Notes under the pieces: model-generated
Told to the model about the DNA's origin: nothing
The model's database searches: none
What the model saw: only the letters and a program-made list of their open reading frames with translations
Program-made: the position numbers and the translations under genes
IMG/VR virus record: IMGVR_UViG_3300045988_092324
Coordinates: 1 to 34,786 of that record
DNA length: 34,786 nucleotides
Source: a virus
Strand: one strand, 5' to 3'
Part shown: piece after piece, positions 23,356-33,312 of the stretch
How the letters are laid out: every line of letters starts with the position of its first letter
Numbering within the stretch: position 1 is the first letter of the stretch

Positions 23356-23577
23356 ATGAACCCCATAACCGAATGTAAGCGATGCTCCGACTGCGCCATC
23401 AGGCTCGGCTTCGGCTTCACCCAGCCCGACGTGCTGATATGCACCGTGCGAGGCGACGATGTGGGGCCGGGCGACGGCTGCACCATGGGCATCCCCGGTG
23501 AGCCCGTGCAGGCCGTCGAGGCGTGCGAGGTAGACGTGTCCGGCCGCGTCGGCTACGGCACGGAGGTGCTGGACTGA
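23356..23577 (+). CDS. Small Cys-containing protein (73 aa)
   Basis: RBS GAGGGAGG 5 nt upstream. Contains CKRCSDC. Confidence 0.6.
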   Translation: MNPITECKRCSDCAIRLGFGFTQPDVLICTVRGDDVGPGDGCTMGIPGEPVQAVEACEVDVSGRVGYGTEVLD

Positions 23578-24050
23578 TGGCCGCGCCGCGAAGGGTCGGC
23601 AAGGAGAAGTGGAGCGCCAAGAACGACACGTGGACTGACCGAAACGGCGTCGTCACGGAGGGCATGGGCGAGAAGGGCTTTACCAGGGGCACCGCCAAGG
23701 GCCTGCTCGCCTCCGACATCTCCGGCCTCGTCGAGATACGGCAGGACAACCGCGAGGCCATCGCCGACGCCATCGACCGGGCGCTCGTCGCCGCGCTGGA
23801 GGAGGTCGGCCTCGCCGCGGAGGGCTACGCCAAGCGCGCCTGCCCGGTCGACACGGGCCGCCTCCGCAACTCAATCACCCACATCCTCGACGAGGGCACC
23901 CGCCACGTCATCATCGGCACGAACGTCGAGTACGCGCCCTACGTCGAGCTGGGGACGAGGCACCAGAGGCCGCAGCCGTTCCTAAAGCCGGCCGCCAACG
24001 ACCACTACTCCACGTACAAGGGAATCTTCCTCAAGCACCTCCGCGGCTAG
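23577..24050 (+). CDS. HK97 gp10-family head-tail protein
   Basis: CPVDTGRLRNSI...VEYAPYVELGTRHQRPQPFLKPA. Confidence 0.7.
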   Translation: MAAPRRVGKEKWSAKNDTWTDRNGVVTEGMGEKGFTRGTAKGLLASDISGLVEIRQDNREAIADAIDRALVAALEEVGLAAEGYAKRACPVDTGRLRNSITHILDEGTRHVIIGTNVEYAPYVELGTRHQRPQPFLKPAANDHYSTYKGIFLKHLRG

Positions 24051-24157
24051 GGCCGCGTTACGCGCCACGGACGATGTCGCCGCGGCGACGGACTGCCGCA
24101 CGGGGAGGCCGCGACGAAAAGCCGGCGCCCCGGTCCATCCGAGGAAAAGGAGACAGC

Positions 24158-24718
24158 GTGGCACTGACGCGGAAGATGCTCAAGGCAATGGGCATCGAGG
24201 ACGAGAAGATCGAGCAGATCATCGAGGAGCACGTCGAGAGCGTCGACGGCCTGAAGGCCGAGCGCGACCGCTACAAGGCGGGCGCCGACGAGGCAGAGGG
24301 CCTGCGAAGGCAGCTCGAGGAGGCCAAGAAGGCCGGCGAGGGCGCCGGCGAGTACGAGGAGAAGTACAAGGCCAAGTGCAAGGAGCTCGACGACTTCAAG
24401 GCGAAGGTCGACGGCGAGGCGGCGGAGCGCGAGAAGCGCGGCCTGTACCGCGAGCTGCTGGCCGGCGCGGGCGTCGACCCCAAGCGCATCGACACCGTGC
24501 TCAAGGTCTCCGACCTGTCGGGCGTGACCGTCAAGGACGGCGCCATCGAGGGCGCCGACGAGCTGACCGAGTCCATCAAGTCCGACTGGGCCGACTTCAT
24601 CGCGGTCAAGACCACGCAGGGCGCGACCGTGCCCAACCCGCCCAAGAGCACCGGCGGCGCCGCAGCGCCCAAGAACCTGCGCGAGGCGCTCCACCAACGC
24701 TACGAGAACAAGGAGTAA
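24158..24718 (+). CDS. Scaffolding protein (GP20-like)
   Basis: GTG start with AGGAG RBS. Charged coiled coil. Immediately upstream of the capsid gene. Confidence 0.7.
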   Translation: MALTRKMLKAMGIEDEKIEQIIEEHVESVDGLKAERDRYKAGADEAEGLRRQLEEAKKAGEGAGEYEEKYKAKCKELDDFKAKVDGEAAEREKRGLYRELLAGAGVDPKRIDTVLKVSDLSGVTVKDGAIEGADELTESIKSDWADFIAVKTTQGATVPNPPKSTGGAAAPKNLREALHQRYENKE

Positions 24719-24721
24719 CAC

Positions 24722-25717
24722 ATGCCCATCACACTCGAAGAGGCAAAGGTCGGCATGTCCGACCGCGTCGACCAGTCCGTGGTCGACACCTTCCAGCGCT
24801 CGTCCCTCCTGCTGGACAAGCTGACGTTCGACAACGCCATCTCGCCCGGCACCGGCGGCTCCACGCTGGCCTACGGCTACACGCAGCTCAAGACCCCGGC
24901 GACCGCCGGCGTCCGCGCCATCAACGTCGAGTACACGGCGAACGAGGCCAAGCGCGAGAAGAAGACCACCAACGCCGTCATCATGGGCGGTGCCTTCCAG
25001 GTCGACCGCGTCCTGCAGAACACCTCCGGCGCCGTGGACGAGCTGGCCTTCCAGCTGGAGCAGAAGATCAAGGCCGTGGCCAACGAGTTCCACTACCTCG
25101 TCATCAACGGCAAGGCGGCCGGCACCGCCGGCGCCGGCAAGCCCGACGGCACGTTCGACGGCCTCGCCAAGCTGCTCTCCGGCACGTCCAACGAAATCGC
25201 CTCCGCCGTCGACGTGTCCACCGCCGACCTCATGACCAAGAACGCCCAGGCGTTCCTCGACGAGGTCGACTACCTGCTCTCGCAGGTCGACGGCCCGAAC
25301 ATGCTGATGATGAACGGCAAGATGCTGACGAAGTTCCGCGGCATCGCCCGACGCGCCGGCTACTACGAGCGCACCAAGGACGACGCCGGCCGATACATCG
25401 AGACCTACAACGGCGTGCCCATCGTCGACCTCGGCAAGTACTACAACGGCACCACCGCCGTCGACGCCGTCGCCGACACCGCCGCCACGGCAGCCGCGCT
25501 CGGCAAGTCCGACATCTATGCCGTATCCCTCGGCCTCGACGGCTTCCACGGCATCTCGCCGACCGGCACCGGCGTGGTCCAGTCCTACATGCCCGACATG
25601 GCGCAGCCCGGCGCCGTCAAGACCGGCGAGGTCGAGCTCGTGGCCGGCGTGGCCCTCAAGAACACGCTCAAGGCCGGCGTCCTCAAGGGCATCGGCACCG
25701 CCCCGAAGCTGGGCTAA
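24722..25717 (+). CDS. Major capsid protein
   Basis: 331 aa. Position after the scaffold. The N-terminal region reads like a capsid protein (from memory only). Confidence 0.8.
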   Translation: MPITLEEAKVGMSDRVDQSVVDTFQRSSLLLDKLTFDNAISPGTGGSTLAYGYTQLKTPATAGVRAINVEYTANEAKREKKTTNAVIMGGAFQVDRVLQNTSGAVDELAFQLEQKIKAVANEFHYLVINGKAAGTAGAGKPDGTFDGLAKLLSGTSNEIASAVDVSTADLMTKNAQAFLDEVDYLLSQVDGPNMLMMNGKMLTKFRGIARRAGYYERTKDDAGRYIETYNGVPIVDLGKYYNGTTAVDAVADTAATAAALGKSDIYAVSLGLDGFHGISPTGTGVVQSYMPDMAQPGAVKTGEVELVAGVALKNTLKAGVLKGIGTAPKLG

Positions 25718-25720
25718 GCC

Positions 25721-26140
25721 ATGCTCGAGGAGCTGCTGCGCGCCCTGCGCAACTGGTTCGTCCGCGACAAGGCCACCGGCCGAATTCGTGTCGAGGGCGG
25801 GGCGCTGGTCCCGCCCGAGGGCCTCGCGCTGGCGGACGGCCAGTACATCCGCGTGACCGGCTCCGTGTTCAACGACGGCCTGCACCGCTGGCCCTGCACG
25901 GGCATGACCGACGAGGAGTTCGTCGGCACCGTGTGGGCGCTCGCGGTGCCGAAGGCCGTCCTCGACCTCGCGGACGAGATCGACGCGTGGCGCAAGGAGC
26001 ACGCCGGGGAGCTGGACGGCCCGTACCAGTCCGAGAGCTTCGGCGGATACAGCTACACCCGCGTGATGGGCGCCGACGGCCGACCGCTGACGTGGCGCGA
26101 CCAGTTCAAGGCGCGCATGGACCCCTGGAGGAAGCTGTGA
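25721..26140 (+). CDS. Head-tail connector protein (gp15/gp6-like, by position)
   Basis: Synteny after the capsid gene, 139 aa. Confidence 0.5.
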   Translation: MLEELLRALRNWFVRDKATGRIRVEGGALVPPEGLALADGQYIRVTGSVFNDGLHRWPCTGMTDEEFVGTVWALAVPKAVLDLADEIDAWRKEHAGELDGPYQSESFGGYSYTRVMGADGRPLTWRDQFKARMDPWRKL

Positions 26141-26490
26141 GCCGCCTGTACGAGCGCATGCGCGTGCCGTGCGTGCGCATGGTCCGCAGGAGCGTGCCGG
26201 ACGGCGAGGGCGGCTGGACGGAGACGTGGGCCACGGGCCGCAGCTTCGCCGCGACCATCGTCCGCGACACGTCGGCCGAGGCCCGAATCGCCGAGGCGGC
26301 GGGCGTCGCCAACTCCTACACGGTGACGTGCAGCGAGGAACTGTCCCACGGCGACGTGTTCAGGCGCGTCTCCGACGGGCAGGTGTTCCGCGTCACGTCC
26401 GACGCCGACGACGGACGTCCGCCAGCGTGCGCGACGTTCTCGTTCACCCAGTGCACGGCCGAGGAATGGAGGCTGCCGGATGCCGACTAG
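26137..26490 (+). CDS. Head closure / head-tail adaptor protein (gp16-like)
   Basis: GTGA overlap start with GGAGGA RBS. Pattern W..TWAT....A.I......E......V....YTV......L..GDVFR. Confidence 0.6.
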   Translation: MSRLYERMRVPCVRMVRRSVPDGEGGWTETWATGRSFAATIVRDTSAEARIAEAAGVANSYTVTCSEELSHGDVFRRVSDGQVFRVTSDADDGRPPACATFSFTQCTAEEWRLPDAD

Positions 26491-26851
26491 GACCGCGGCG
26501 CTCGCCGCATGGCTCGGGGGCTTCGGCATGCCCGCCTATTCCGCGCAGGCCGTTCCCGATGACGCCGAGCTGCCGTACCTCACGTTCACGCCGGTCTCCG
26601 GCGCCTGGGGCGACGGCGAGCAGGGCGTCACCGTGGAGACATGGCGCCGCACCGAGTCCGAGGCCGAGGCCAACGCCGACGCCGAGGCCGTCGGGCGCGC
26701 GCTGGGGCTCGGCGGCGTGATGCTGCCCTGCGACGGCGGCGGCCTGTGGGTCAGGCGCGGCTCGCCGTTCTGGCAGGCCGCCGACTCGGGCGAGCCGGGC
26801 GTCAAGCGCCGCTACGTAAACCTCTCAATCGAGAACATCACGACCTTTTAG
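26480..26851 (+). CDS. Tail completion / head-tail joining protein (by position)
   Basis: 123 aa, lying between the adaptor and the major tail gene. Confidence 0.5.
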   Translation: MPTRTAALAAWLGGFGMPAYSAQAVPDDAELPYLTFTPVSGAWGDGEQGVTVETWRRTESEAEANADAEAVGRALGLGGVMLPCDGGGLWVRRGSPFWQAADSGEPGVKRRYVNLSIENITTF

Positions 26852-26859
26852 GGGGTCCC

Positions 26860-27462
26860 ATGAAATACACCCAGATCCCGCAGGACACGTTCAACAACAT
26901 CCAGCTGAACGCCGGCGTCCTGCTCAAGGCGTTCACCCCGGACACCGGCACGCTCAAGGCGACCGACATCCTCGGCGCGACGTCCGGCGGCGTCAACTTC
27001 ACCGCCACGCCGAGCTTCATCGACTACGGCGAGGACATCGACAACTGTCCGAAGAACATGAAGGAGCTCAAGCAGCTCGACGGCTGGGAGGCCAAGATGT
27101 CCGGCACGTTCGTGACCGTGACCGCCGAGCTCGCCACCAAGCTCACGGGCGCCGCCGACACCGCCGCCGAGAAGGTGACCCCGCGCAACGACCTCAAGTC
27201 CGCCGACTTCGCCGACCTGTGGTGGGTGGGCGACTACAGCGCCGTCAACGAGGACGGCACCAAGGGCGCGAGCGCCGGCTTCTGCGCCATCCGCCTGCTC
27301 AACTCCCTGAGCACCGGCGGCTTCCAGATCCAGTCCGGCGACAAGGCCAAGGCGCAGTTTGAATTCGAGTTCACCGGGCACTACTCGATGGAGCACCCCG
27401 AGACGGTGCCGTTCGAGATCTACGTCAAGGCCGGTACCGACGGCACGGGGGTGGCAGCCTGA
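26860..27462 (+). CDS. Major tail protein
   Basis: Internal ATG at 26860. 200 aa, located upstream of the chaperone pair and tape measure. Confidence 0.75.
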   Translation: MKYTQIPQDTFNNIQLNAGVLLKAFTPDTGTLKATDILGATSGGVNFTATPSFIDYGEDIDNCPKNMKELKQLDGWEAKMSGTFVTVTAELATKLTGAADTAAEKVTPRNDLKSADFADLWWVGDYSAVNEDGTKGASAGFCAIRLLNSLSTGGFQIQSGDKAKAQFEFEFTGHYSMEHPETVPFEIYVKAGTDGTGVAA

Positions 27463-27860
27463 TGCGAATCGACGAGTTCACGGCGGACGAGTTCCTGACC
27501 TCGGCGCAGCTGCTCGCCGAGGTGGCCGAGGAGGCCATGGGCGGCAAGCTCGGCGAGGAGCTCAAGCGCTCCTACATGTCCTACCGCGCCGCGGCCAAAG
27601 CCGCCAAGGCCGAGGGCGGCGAAGAGGACGAGGTCAAGGCCAAGGTCGAGGTCCAGGCCGTCGATATGTTGGGCGGCCTGCTGCCCGTCCTGCTGCGCGA
27701 GGGCGGCGAGCTGTCGCTCAAGCTCCTCGCCGCGCTGGACGGCCAGACCCTCGACGAGTACAAGGCCTGCTTCACCATGGCCAAGTACGCCGCCGACATC
27801 AAGGCCGCGGTCGACAGCATCGACACCGTCAAGGAGATCGCCGCGCCTTTTTTCGGCTAG
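27462..27860 (+). CDS. Tail assembly chaperone (G-like)
   Basis: Acidic 132-aa protein ending just after the slippery T-run. Confidence 0.75.
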   Translation: MRIDEFTADEFLTSAQLLAEVAEEAMGGKLGEELKRSYMSYRAAAKAAKAEGGEEDEVKAKVEVQAVDMLGGLLPVLLREGGELSLKLLAALDGQTLDEYKACFTMAKYAADIKAAVDSIDTVKEIAAPFFG

Positions 27861-28144
27861 CCGCCGACGACCCGGAGCTGCTCTGGCTCTACCTGGGCGA
27901 GTACACCGGACCACGGCGTGCTCGCCCTTTTGCTAGGTACCTGTCCGCGCGGCAGCGCAGGGAGGCCGAGGAGGACGCGTACAGGGTGTACCTGACGGAG
28001 TCCATCCGCCTCGCCGTGCAGTCGCGCTACATCGCCAAGCCCTACCTGGAGCTCGTGCGGGGCGCGGCAGAGCCGGCAGACACCCGGAGCGGCGACGAGA
28101 TCGCGGCGGACGTAATCGGCAAGTTGGGATTGGAGGTGCTGTAG
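27848..28144 (+). CDS. Tail assembly chaperone -1 frameshift extension (GT-like product, joined to 27462-27854)
   Basis: Slippery heptamer T_TTT_TTC at 27848-27854. The -1 frame stays open to 28144, ending 1 nt before the tape measure ATG. Confidence 0.65.
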   Translation, partial: FFRLAADDPELLWLYLGEYTGPRRARPFARYLSARQRREAEEDAYRVYLTESIRLAVQSRYIAKPYLELVRGAAEPADTRSGDEIAADVIGKLGLEVL

Positions 28145-30376
28145 ATGGACCTTCTCGACCTCTTGGTCAAGATCGGCGTCGACGACCAGGCATCCGGCAA
28201 GGTCGACGGCATCGCCGGCGGCATCGGCAGCAAGCTCGGGGCGGCCGCCGGCAAGGCCGCGTCGCTGGTCGCGGCCGGAGTAACGGCAGTGGCTGCCGGC
28301 GTCGCGGCGGTGACCGGCATGAGCATGAGCGCCTACGCCGCCTACGAGCAGAACGTCGGCGGCATACAGAAGATTTTCGGCAACATGGGCAAGTCCCTCG
28401 AGGACTACGCCGCCATGACCGGCCAGACCGTCGAGCAGTGCTCCGGTAAGTGGGAGCAGCTCGAGCAGGCCCAGACGACGGTGCTGGCCAACGCCGACGC
28501 AGCCTACAAGACGGCCGGCATGAGCGCCAACCGGTACATGGAGCAGGTGACCGGCTTCTCGGCCGCGCTCGTCTCCTCGCTCGGCGGCGACACGGTCAAG
28601 GCCGCCGAGTACGCCGACACGGCCATGGTCGACATGGGCGACAACGCGAACACCTTCGGCACGGCGATGGAGGACCTCCAGAACGCGTACCAGGGCTTCG
28701 CGAAACAGAACTACACCATGCTCGACAACTTGAAGCTGGGATACGGCGGCACCAGGGAGGAGATGCAGCGCCTCGTCAAGGACGCGCACGCCGTCAACTC
28801 CGCCGTGGACGAGTCGAGCCTCTCATTCGACAACATCGTGCTCGCCATCCACACGATGCAGGAGCAGATGCAGATCGCCGGCACGACCTCGCGCGAGGCC
28901 GCGACGACCATCGAGGGCTCCTGCAACATGGCCAAGGCCGCGTGGGAGAACTGGGTGACGGAGCTCGGCAAGGACGACGCCGACATGGGCAAGCTCACGA
29001 CAGAGCTGGTCGAGTCGGTCGAGACGGCGGCCTCCAACATCGTGCCGCGCGTGGCGACCATCGTGTCCACGGCCGTCGAGCAGCTCCCCGGGGTCATAGC
29101 GACGCTGGCGCCGGTCGCCGGCGAGGCCTTCATGTCCATCGCCGACAGCGCCATGTCGGCGCTCTCGGGCGCCTTCGGCGGGTTGGACGAGATAGGCGCG
29201 CAGGTCGGACCGGTGCTCTACGACGGAATCGTGAACGGCCTGTCGTTCCTCTCCGGCGCGGCGGCCGACATCATGACCCGGCTGGGCGGCTACCTGGCCG
29301 AGAACCTGCCGTCCATCATGGAGAGCGGCCTGCAGATTCTCACCGGCCTCTCAGAGTCCATAGCCGAGAACGCGGGCGTTCTTGCCGAGGGCGCGGCGAA
29401 CCTCATAGTCGGCCTGGCGCAGGGTATCGCCGACAGCCTGCCGACCATCATCGAGCAGGCGCCGGTTATCGTGCAGAACCTCGCCGGTGCGATCAACGAC
29501 AACGCGCCGACGCTGCTCGGTGCCGGCATCCAGGCAATCGTGACGCTGGCGCTCGGCATCGTGCAGGCGATACCGACGCTCATCGCCAACATCCCGGCCA
29601 TCTTCTCGGCCTTCGTCTCGGCTTGGTCGGCGCTCGACTGGCTGAGCCTAGGCAGGAACGCCATCACGTTCCTGGGCAACGGCATCGCCGGCATGGCCGG
29701 TTTCGTCAGCACGTGCGGCACCAACATCGTGTCCGCCATCCGCGGGGCCATCGCCAACCTGCCGGCGACGCTGGCGAACCTCGGCAAGGTTGCCATGTAC
29801 AACCTGCAGGGCGCCATCTCGGGCGCAGTCGGTGCAGTGAAGGGCGCGGCGCTACGCATCGCGTCGAACATCGAGTCCTCCTTCCTTGGCTTGCCGGCCC
29901 GCGTGGCCTCCATCGGCCGCAACATCGTTCAGGGCATCGCCAACGGAATCAGCGGTGCGGCCGGCGTGGTCGTCAACAAGATAACCGGCGTGGTCGGCGG
30001 CGCCATCGAGGCGGCCAAGAACCTGCTCGGCATCCACTCGCCCTCGCGCGTGTTCCGCAAGATATTCGGCTACGTGATGCAGGGCGCGGCCCTCGGCATC
30101 GACGACACGGCGGACGAGCCCGTGAAGTCAATGGAGTCCGCCGTCGGGAGGGTCGAGCGCGCCGCGGCGTTCGATGCGACGGTCAGGGCCGACGGCCCGC
30201 GTTACGGCGACCGGACCATTTCCGGCACCGGGGAGGGCGTTGTCGCGGACGGCGGCGCATCGGCCGTCATCGGCTGGCTGGCCGAGAACCTGCCCTCCAT
30301 CATCGCGGAGTTCACGCCCGTCATGGGCGAGTCGGAGTTCGGGCGCAGGGCGAGGAAGGCGGTCGCGTATGCCTGA
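28145..30376 (+). CDS. Tape measure protein
   Basis: 743 aa, Gly/Ala-rich with hydrophobic central repeats, canonical position. Confidence 0.9.
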   Translation: MDLLDLLVKIGVDDQASGKVDGIAGGIGSKLGAAAGKAASLVAAGVTAVAAGVAAVTGMSMSAYAAYEQNVGGIQKIFGNMGKSLEDYAAMTGQTVEQCSGKWEQLEQAQTTVLANADAAYKTAGMSANRYMEQVTGFSAALVSSLGGDTVKAAEYADTAMVDMGDNANTFGTAMEDLQNAYQGFAKQNYTMLDNLKLGYGGTREEMQRLVKDAHAVNSAVDESSLSFDNIVLAIHTMQEQMQIAGTTSREAATTIEGSCNMAKAAWENWVTELGKDDADMGKLTTELVESVETAASNIVPRVATIVSTAVEQLPGVIATLAPVAGEAFMSIADSAMSALSGAFGGLDEIGAQVGPVLYDGIVNGLSFLSGAAADIMTRLGGYLAENLPSIMESGLQILTGLSESIAENAGVLAEGAANLIVGLAQGIADSLPTIIEQAPVIVQNLAGAINDNAPTLLGAGIQAIVTLALGIVQAIPTLIANIPAIFSAFVSAWSALDWLSLGRNAITFLGNGIAGMAGFVSTCGTNIVSAIRGAIANLPATLANLGKVAMYNLQGAISGAVGAVKGAALRIASNIESSFLGLPARVASIGRNIVQGIANGISGAAGVVVNKITGVVGGAIEAAKNLLGIHSPSRVFRKIFGYVMQGAALGIDDTADEPVKSMESAVGRVERAAAFDATVRADGPRYGDRTISGTGEGVVADGGASAVIGWLAENLPSIIAEFTPVMGESEFGRRARKAVAYA

Positions 30377-31184
30377 TATCGAATATGAATCGGGCATGGG
30401 GGCGGTCATCCCGCTCAATTCCGGCATCTACGTCGGCAGGCCGAACGACCTCTTCAGCCGCGAATGGGACTACAAGATCGGGTACCGCGCGCTGTCGACC
30501 GCATCGCGCGGCGCCCGCAAGGCCTCGTTCAGGGCGGTCTTCGCCGACATGGGGCTGGCCGACGAGTTCCGCCGCTGCGCGGACCTCGACGTCTCGGGCA
30601 ACACGCCCGGGACGCTGAGGGTCGGGGACTGGTTCCAGCGCTGCCTCGTCCTCGCGTCGAAGGTCGACGGGGTGCGGGACGGGCTCTTCACCGCGAAGAT
30701 CACCGTCGTGCTGCTCGACGGCCTGTGGCGCAGGGGCGTCACGACGGAGTTCGCGCCCGTCAACGGCTCGTCCGGGTACGAGTTCCTCGACCTGCCGCAT
30801 GATTTGCCGTACGACCTAGGCGTGACCCCACCGCTGCAATACGCCATCAACCCAGGCTACTCCGGCAGCCCCGCGAAGTTTGTCGTGTACGGGCCCGCGG
30901 TCAACCCTTCTGTGCGCCTGGCTGGCAATCTGTACCAGGTGGACGTGACCGTTCCCGAGGGCGGTTACATGGATATCGACCCATTGCGGCGCACCGTCAC
31001 CGTTGTCGCCGCAGACGGCACCACGATGGACGCCTTCGGCAAGGCGCACCGAGGCAGCGGGGCAGGCTCGGGAGAGTACATCTTCGAGCGCGTGCCGGCC
31101 GGCACCTGCGAGGTCTCGTGGGACAACAGCTTCGGCTTCGACCTGACGCTCTACGAGGAGGAGGGGGAGCCGGCATGGTCCTAG
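30369..31184 (+). CDS. Distal tail protein (Dit-like)
   Basis: Internal ATG at 30369 overlapping the TMP stop. 271 aa, by position. Confidence 0.65.
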   Translation: MPDIEYESGMGAVIPLNSGIYVGRPNDLFSREWDYKIGYRALSTASRGARKASFRAVFADMGLADEFRRCADLDVSGNTPGTLRVGDWFQRCLVLASKVDGVRDGLFTAKITVVLLDGLWRRGVTTEFAPVNGSSGYEFLDLPHDLPYDLGVTPPLQYAINPGYSGSPAKFVVYGPAVNPSVRLAGNLYQVDVTVPEGGYMDIDPLRRTVTVVAADGTTMDAFGKAHRGSGAGSGEYIFERVPAGTCEVSWDNSFGFDLTLYEEEGEPAWS

Positions 31185-33310
31185 TGGTGAGCGACCCGGC
31201 GGCCGGGGACGTCCGCGAGATCGAGGACTTCGAGCTCGACCTCGCGTTCGGCAGCGACGAGAACGCCCTGAAGCTCGAGGCGCGCGCCGGCGAGGCCCCC
31301 GCCGAGGGGCATCTCGTGTTCATCGACGGGACCGAGTACGGCGGCGTCGTCGACGAGGTCGCCTACGAGGCGGGCAGGGAGGCCTCCGGCACCGTCCTGT
31401 GCAAGGGCCGCACGTGGCACGGCATCCTGGCGGGCAAGCGCCTGCTCCCCGACTCGGGCAGCGGGTACCTCGCGGTGAGCGGCAAGGCGGGCGAGGTGCT
31501 CGCGTCCCTCATATCCCGCATGGGGCTGTCCGGGCTGTTCTCGGCAGCCGTGGACGATACGGCGGTCAGCTATACCTTCGACCGCTTCGCGGACGGGTAC
31601 GGCGGCCTGAAGGCCCTGGCGGAGGCGAACGGGCGCAAGGTCTCGATGCGCCGCCTAGGCGGCAAGGTCGAGCTATCGCTGCCCCCGGTCGTCGACTACG
31701 CGGACAAGGTCGACTCGGACCTGCTCGACTTCACGCTGACGAGCGTCCACCGCTGCGTCAACCATCTGGTGTGCGCCGGCACGGGCGAGCTCGAGAACCG
31801 CGCCGTGGTCCATTTCTACGCCGACGCGGCGGGCAACGTCAGCCACACCCAGAGCCTCTTCGGCGTCGACGAGATATGCGCGCTCTACGACTACAGCAAC
31901 GCCGACGAGGCGAAGCTCGAGGAGGAGGGCGGCAAGAAGCTCAGGGAGTACCAGACCCGGGGCAGCGTCGAGGTCGACGCGCACGAGGATATCGACGTCG
32001 ACGTCGGCGACATCATCTCGGCGCGCGACAACGCGCACGGCAGGACCGTCAGCGCGACCGTGGTGAAGAAGATCGTGCAGGTCTCGCGCGGCGTGGCAAC
32101 GTATAGGTATGAGGTCGGCAGCGAGACCACGACGAAGAACTCGTCCAGCGCGATCGCCGACGGAGGTGGCGGGCACGCTTACCTGGCGGGAAAGGGCCTG
32201 AAGCTCGAGAACTACACGTTTAGTGCGGAGGTCGACGCGGAATCGCTCAAGGCCGTTGAGGCCAAGGCCGACAAGGCCGTAACAGACGCCTCAAGCTCGC
32301 TCCAGACGTGGGCGCAGGCGGATATCGCCATGGGAGAAGTGTCAACGCTCACGGAAGGCTCTAAGGCCACCGCTTCGCTCTCAGGCGAAGGGCTGGTCAA
32401 GACACTCTCGCTCGGAATTCCACGCGGCGCGACCGGCATCCAGGGTCCGAGGGGCGAACGCGGGGCCACTGGTCCCCAAGGCCCGCAGGGAATCAAGGGT
32501 GACACCGGCGCGACAGGCTCGCAGGGACCTACGGGACCACAAGGCCCCAAGGGAGCCACTGGTCCGCAGGGTCCCAAGGGAGACACGGGCGAGCAGGGAC
32601 CGCAGGGCGTTCAGGGAAAGCAGGGGCCGCAGGGCATACAGGGCGAGACGGGGCCGCGCGGTCCGCAGGGATTGCAGGGCATCCAAGGTCCCAAGGGAGA
32701 CACGGGCGAGGGCTTCTCCATCTCGAAGGTATACGCGAGCTACGACGCGATGCGGGCGGGGTGGAAGACGGACGGCGTGAAGGTCGGCGGGTTCGCGGTC
32801 ATCGGCTCGAATGTCGAGGACCCGCACAACGCCGAGCTGTACGTGAAGTCGGCAGACGGCTACTCGCTGATCGCCGACATGAGCGGCGCGACCGGCGTCA
32901 AGGGCGAGCAGGGCCCCACGGGCCCGCAGGGCCCGGTCGGCGCGACCGGAGCGGCGGGGGCAACTGGGCCGCAAGGCCCGAAGGGAGCCACCGGCGCAAC
33001 CGGTCCGCAGGGCCCCAAGGGCGAGACGGGGGCAACCGGCGCGACCGGCGCGAAGGGCGCGACCGGCCCCACGGGGCCGCAGGGCGTGAAGGGCGAGCAG
33101 GGCGAACGCGGCCCGCAGGGTATACAGGGCCCGAAGGGCGAGAAGGGCGAGCGCGGCGACTCGGGCGTCACCGTACCGCTGTCGGGGTTCTTCTCGCTGA
33201 CGGTGGACGCCGACGGCAACCTCTGGTCGCACGTGGCGGACGGGGCGGCAGCCCCGCCGCTCTCATACGACTCGTCCACTGGCGAGCTTTACTATGAGAT
33301 AGGTGAATAA
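31175..33310 (+). CDS. Tal-like minor structural / baseplate protein (Sipho_Gp37-like N-terminus) with two collagen-like tracts
   Basis: ATG at 31175 after GAGGAGGAGGGGG. Two runs of about 31 Gly-X-Y triplets each. Confidence 0.8.
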   Translation: MVLVVSDPAAGDVREIEDFELDLAFGSDENALKLEARAGEAPAEGHLVFIDGTEYGGVVDEVAYEAGREASGTVLCKGRTWHGILAGKRLLPDSGSGYLAVSGKAGEVLASLISRMGLSGLFSAAVDDTAVSYTFDRFADGYGGLKALAEANGRKVSMRRLGGKVELSLPPVVDYADKVDSDLLDFTLTSVHRCVNHLVCAGTGELENRAVVHFYADAAGNVSHTQSLFGVDEICALYDYSNADEAKLEEEGGKKLREYQTRGSVEVDAHEDIDVDVGDIISARDNAHGRTVSATVVKKIVQVSRGVATYRYEVGSETTTKNSSSAIADGGGGHAYLAGKGLKLENYTFSAEVDAESLKAVEAKADKAVTDASSSLQTWAQADIAMGEVSTLTEGSKATASLSGEGLVKTLSLGIPRGATGIQGPRGERGATGPQGPQGIKGDTGATGSQGPTGPQGPKGATGPQGPKGDTGEQGPQGVQGKQGPQGIQGETGPRGPQGLQGIQGPKGDTGEGFSISKVYASYDAMRAGWKTDGVKVGGFAVIGSNVEDPHNAELYVKSADGYSLIADMSGATGVKGEQGPTGPQGPVGATGAAGATGPQGPKGATGATGPQGPKGETGATGATGAKGATGPTGPQGVKGEQGERGPQGIQGPKGEKGERGDSGVTVPLSGFFSLTVDADGNLWSHVADGAAAPPLSYDSSTGELYYEIGE
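32426..32710 (+). repeat. Collagen-like Gly-X-Y tract 1 (~31 triplets)
   Basis: [12 protein letters not shown] ... GPK GDT GEG read directly from the codons. Confidence 0.95.
32885..33163 (+). repeat. Collagen-like Gly-X-Y tract 2 (31 triplets)
   Basis: GAT GVK GEQ ... GEK GER GDS. Confidence 0.95.
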
Positions 33311-33312
33311 TC

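Noticed and set aside
24047-26002. 651-aa minus-strand ORF, plus similar long antisense ORFs (9684-10799, 10637-11923, 19862-21052, 21413-22738, 27857-28789, 1645-2853)
   Set aside because: These are shadow ORFs typical of high-GC DNA. Their translations are Arg/Gly/Ala/Val/His-rich and low-complexity. Each lies antisense to a + strand gene with recognisable phage motifs, an RBS and operon coupling.
24376-26490. 704-aa + strand ORF spanning the scaffold/capsid region
   Set aside because: It is an out-of-frame shadow (Arg/Gly/Pro-rich) over the scaffold, capsid and connector genes. Only its last 117 codons (26137-26490) read as a real head-closure protein with its own GTG start and RBS.
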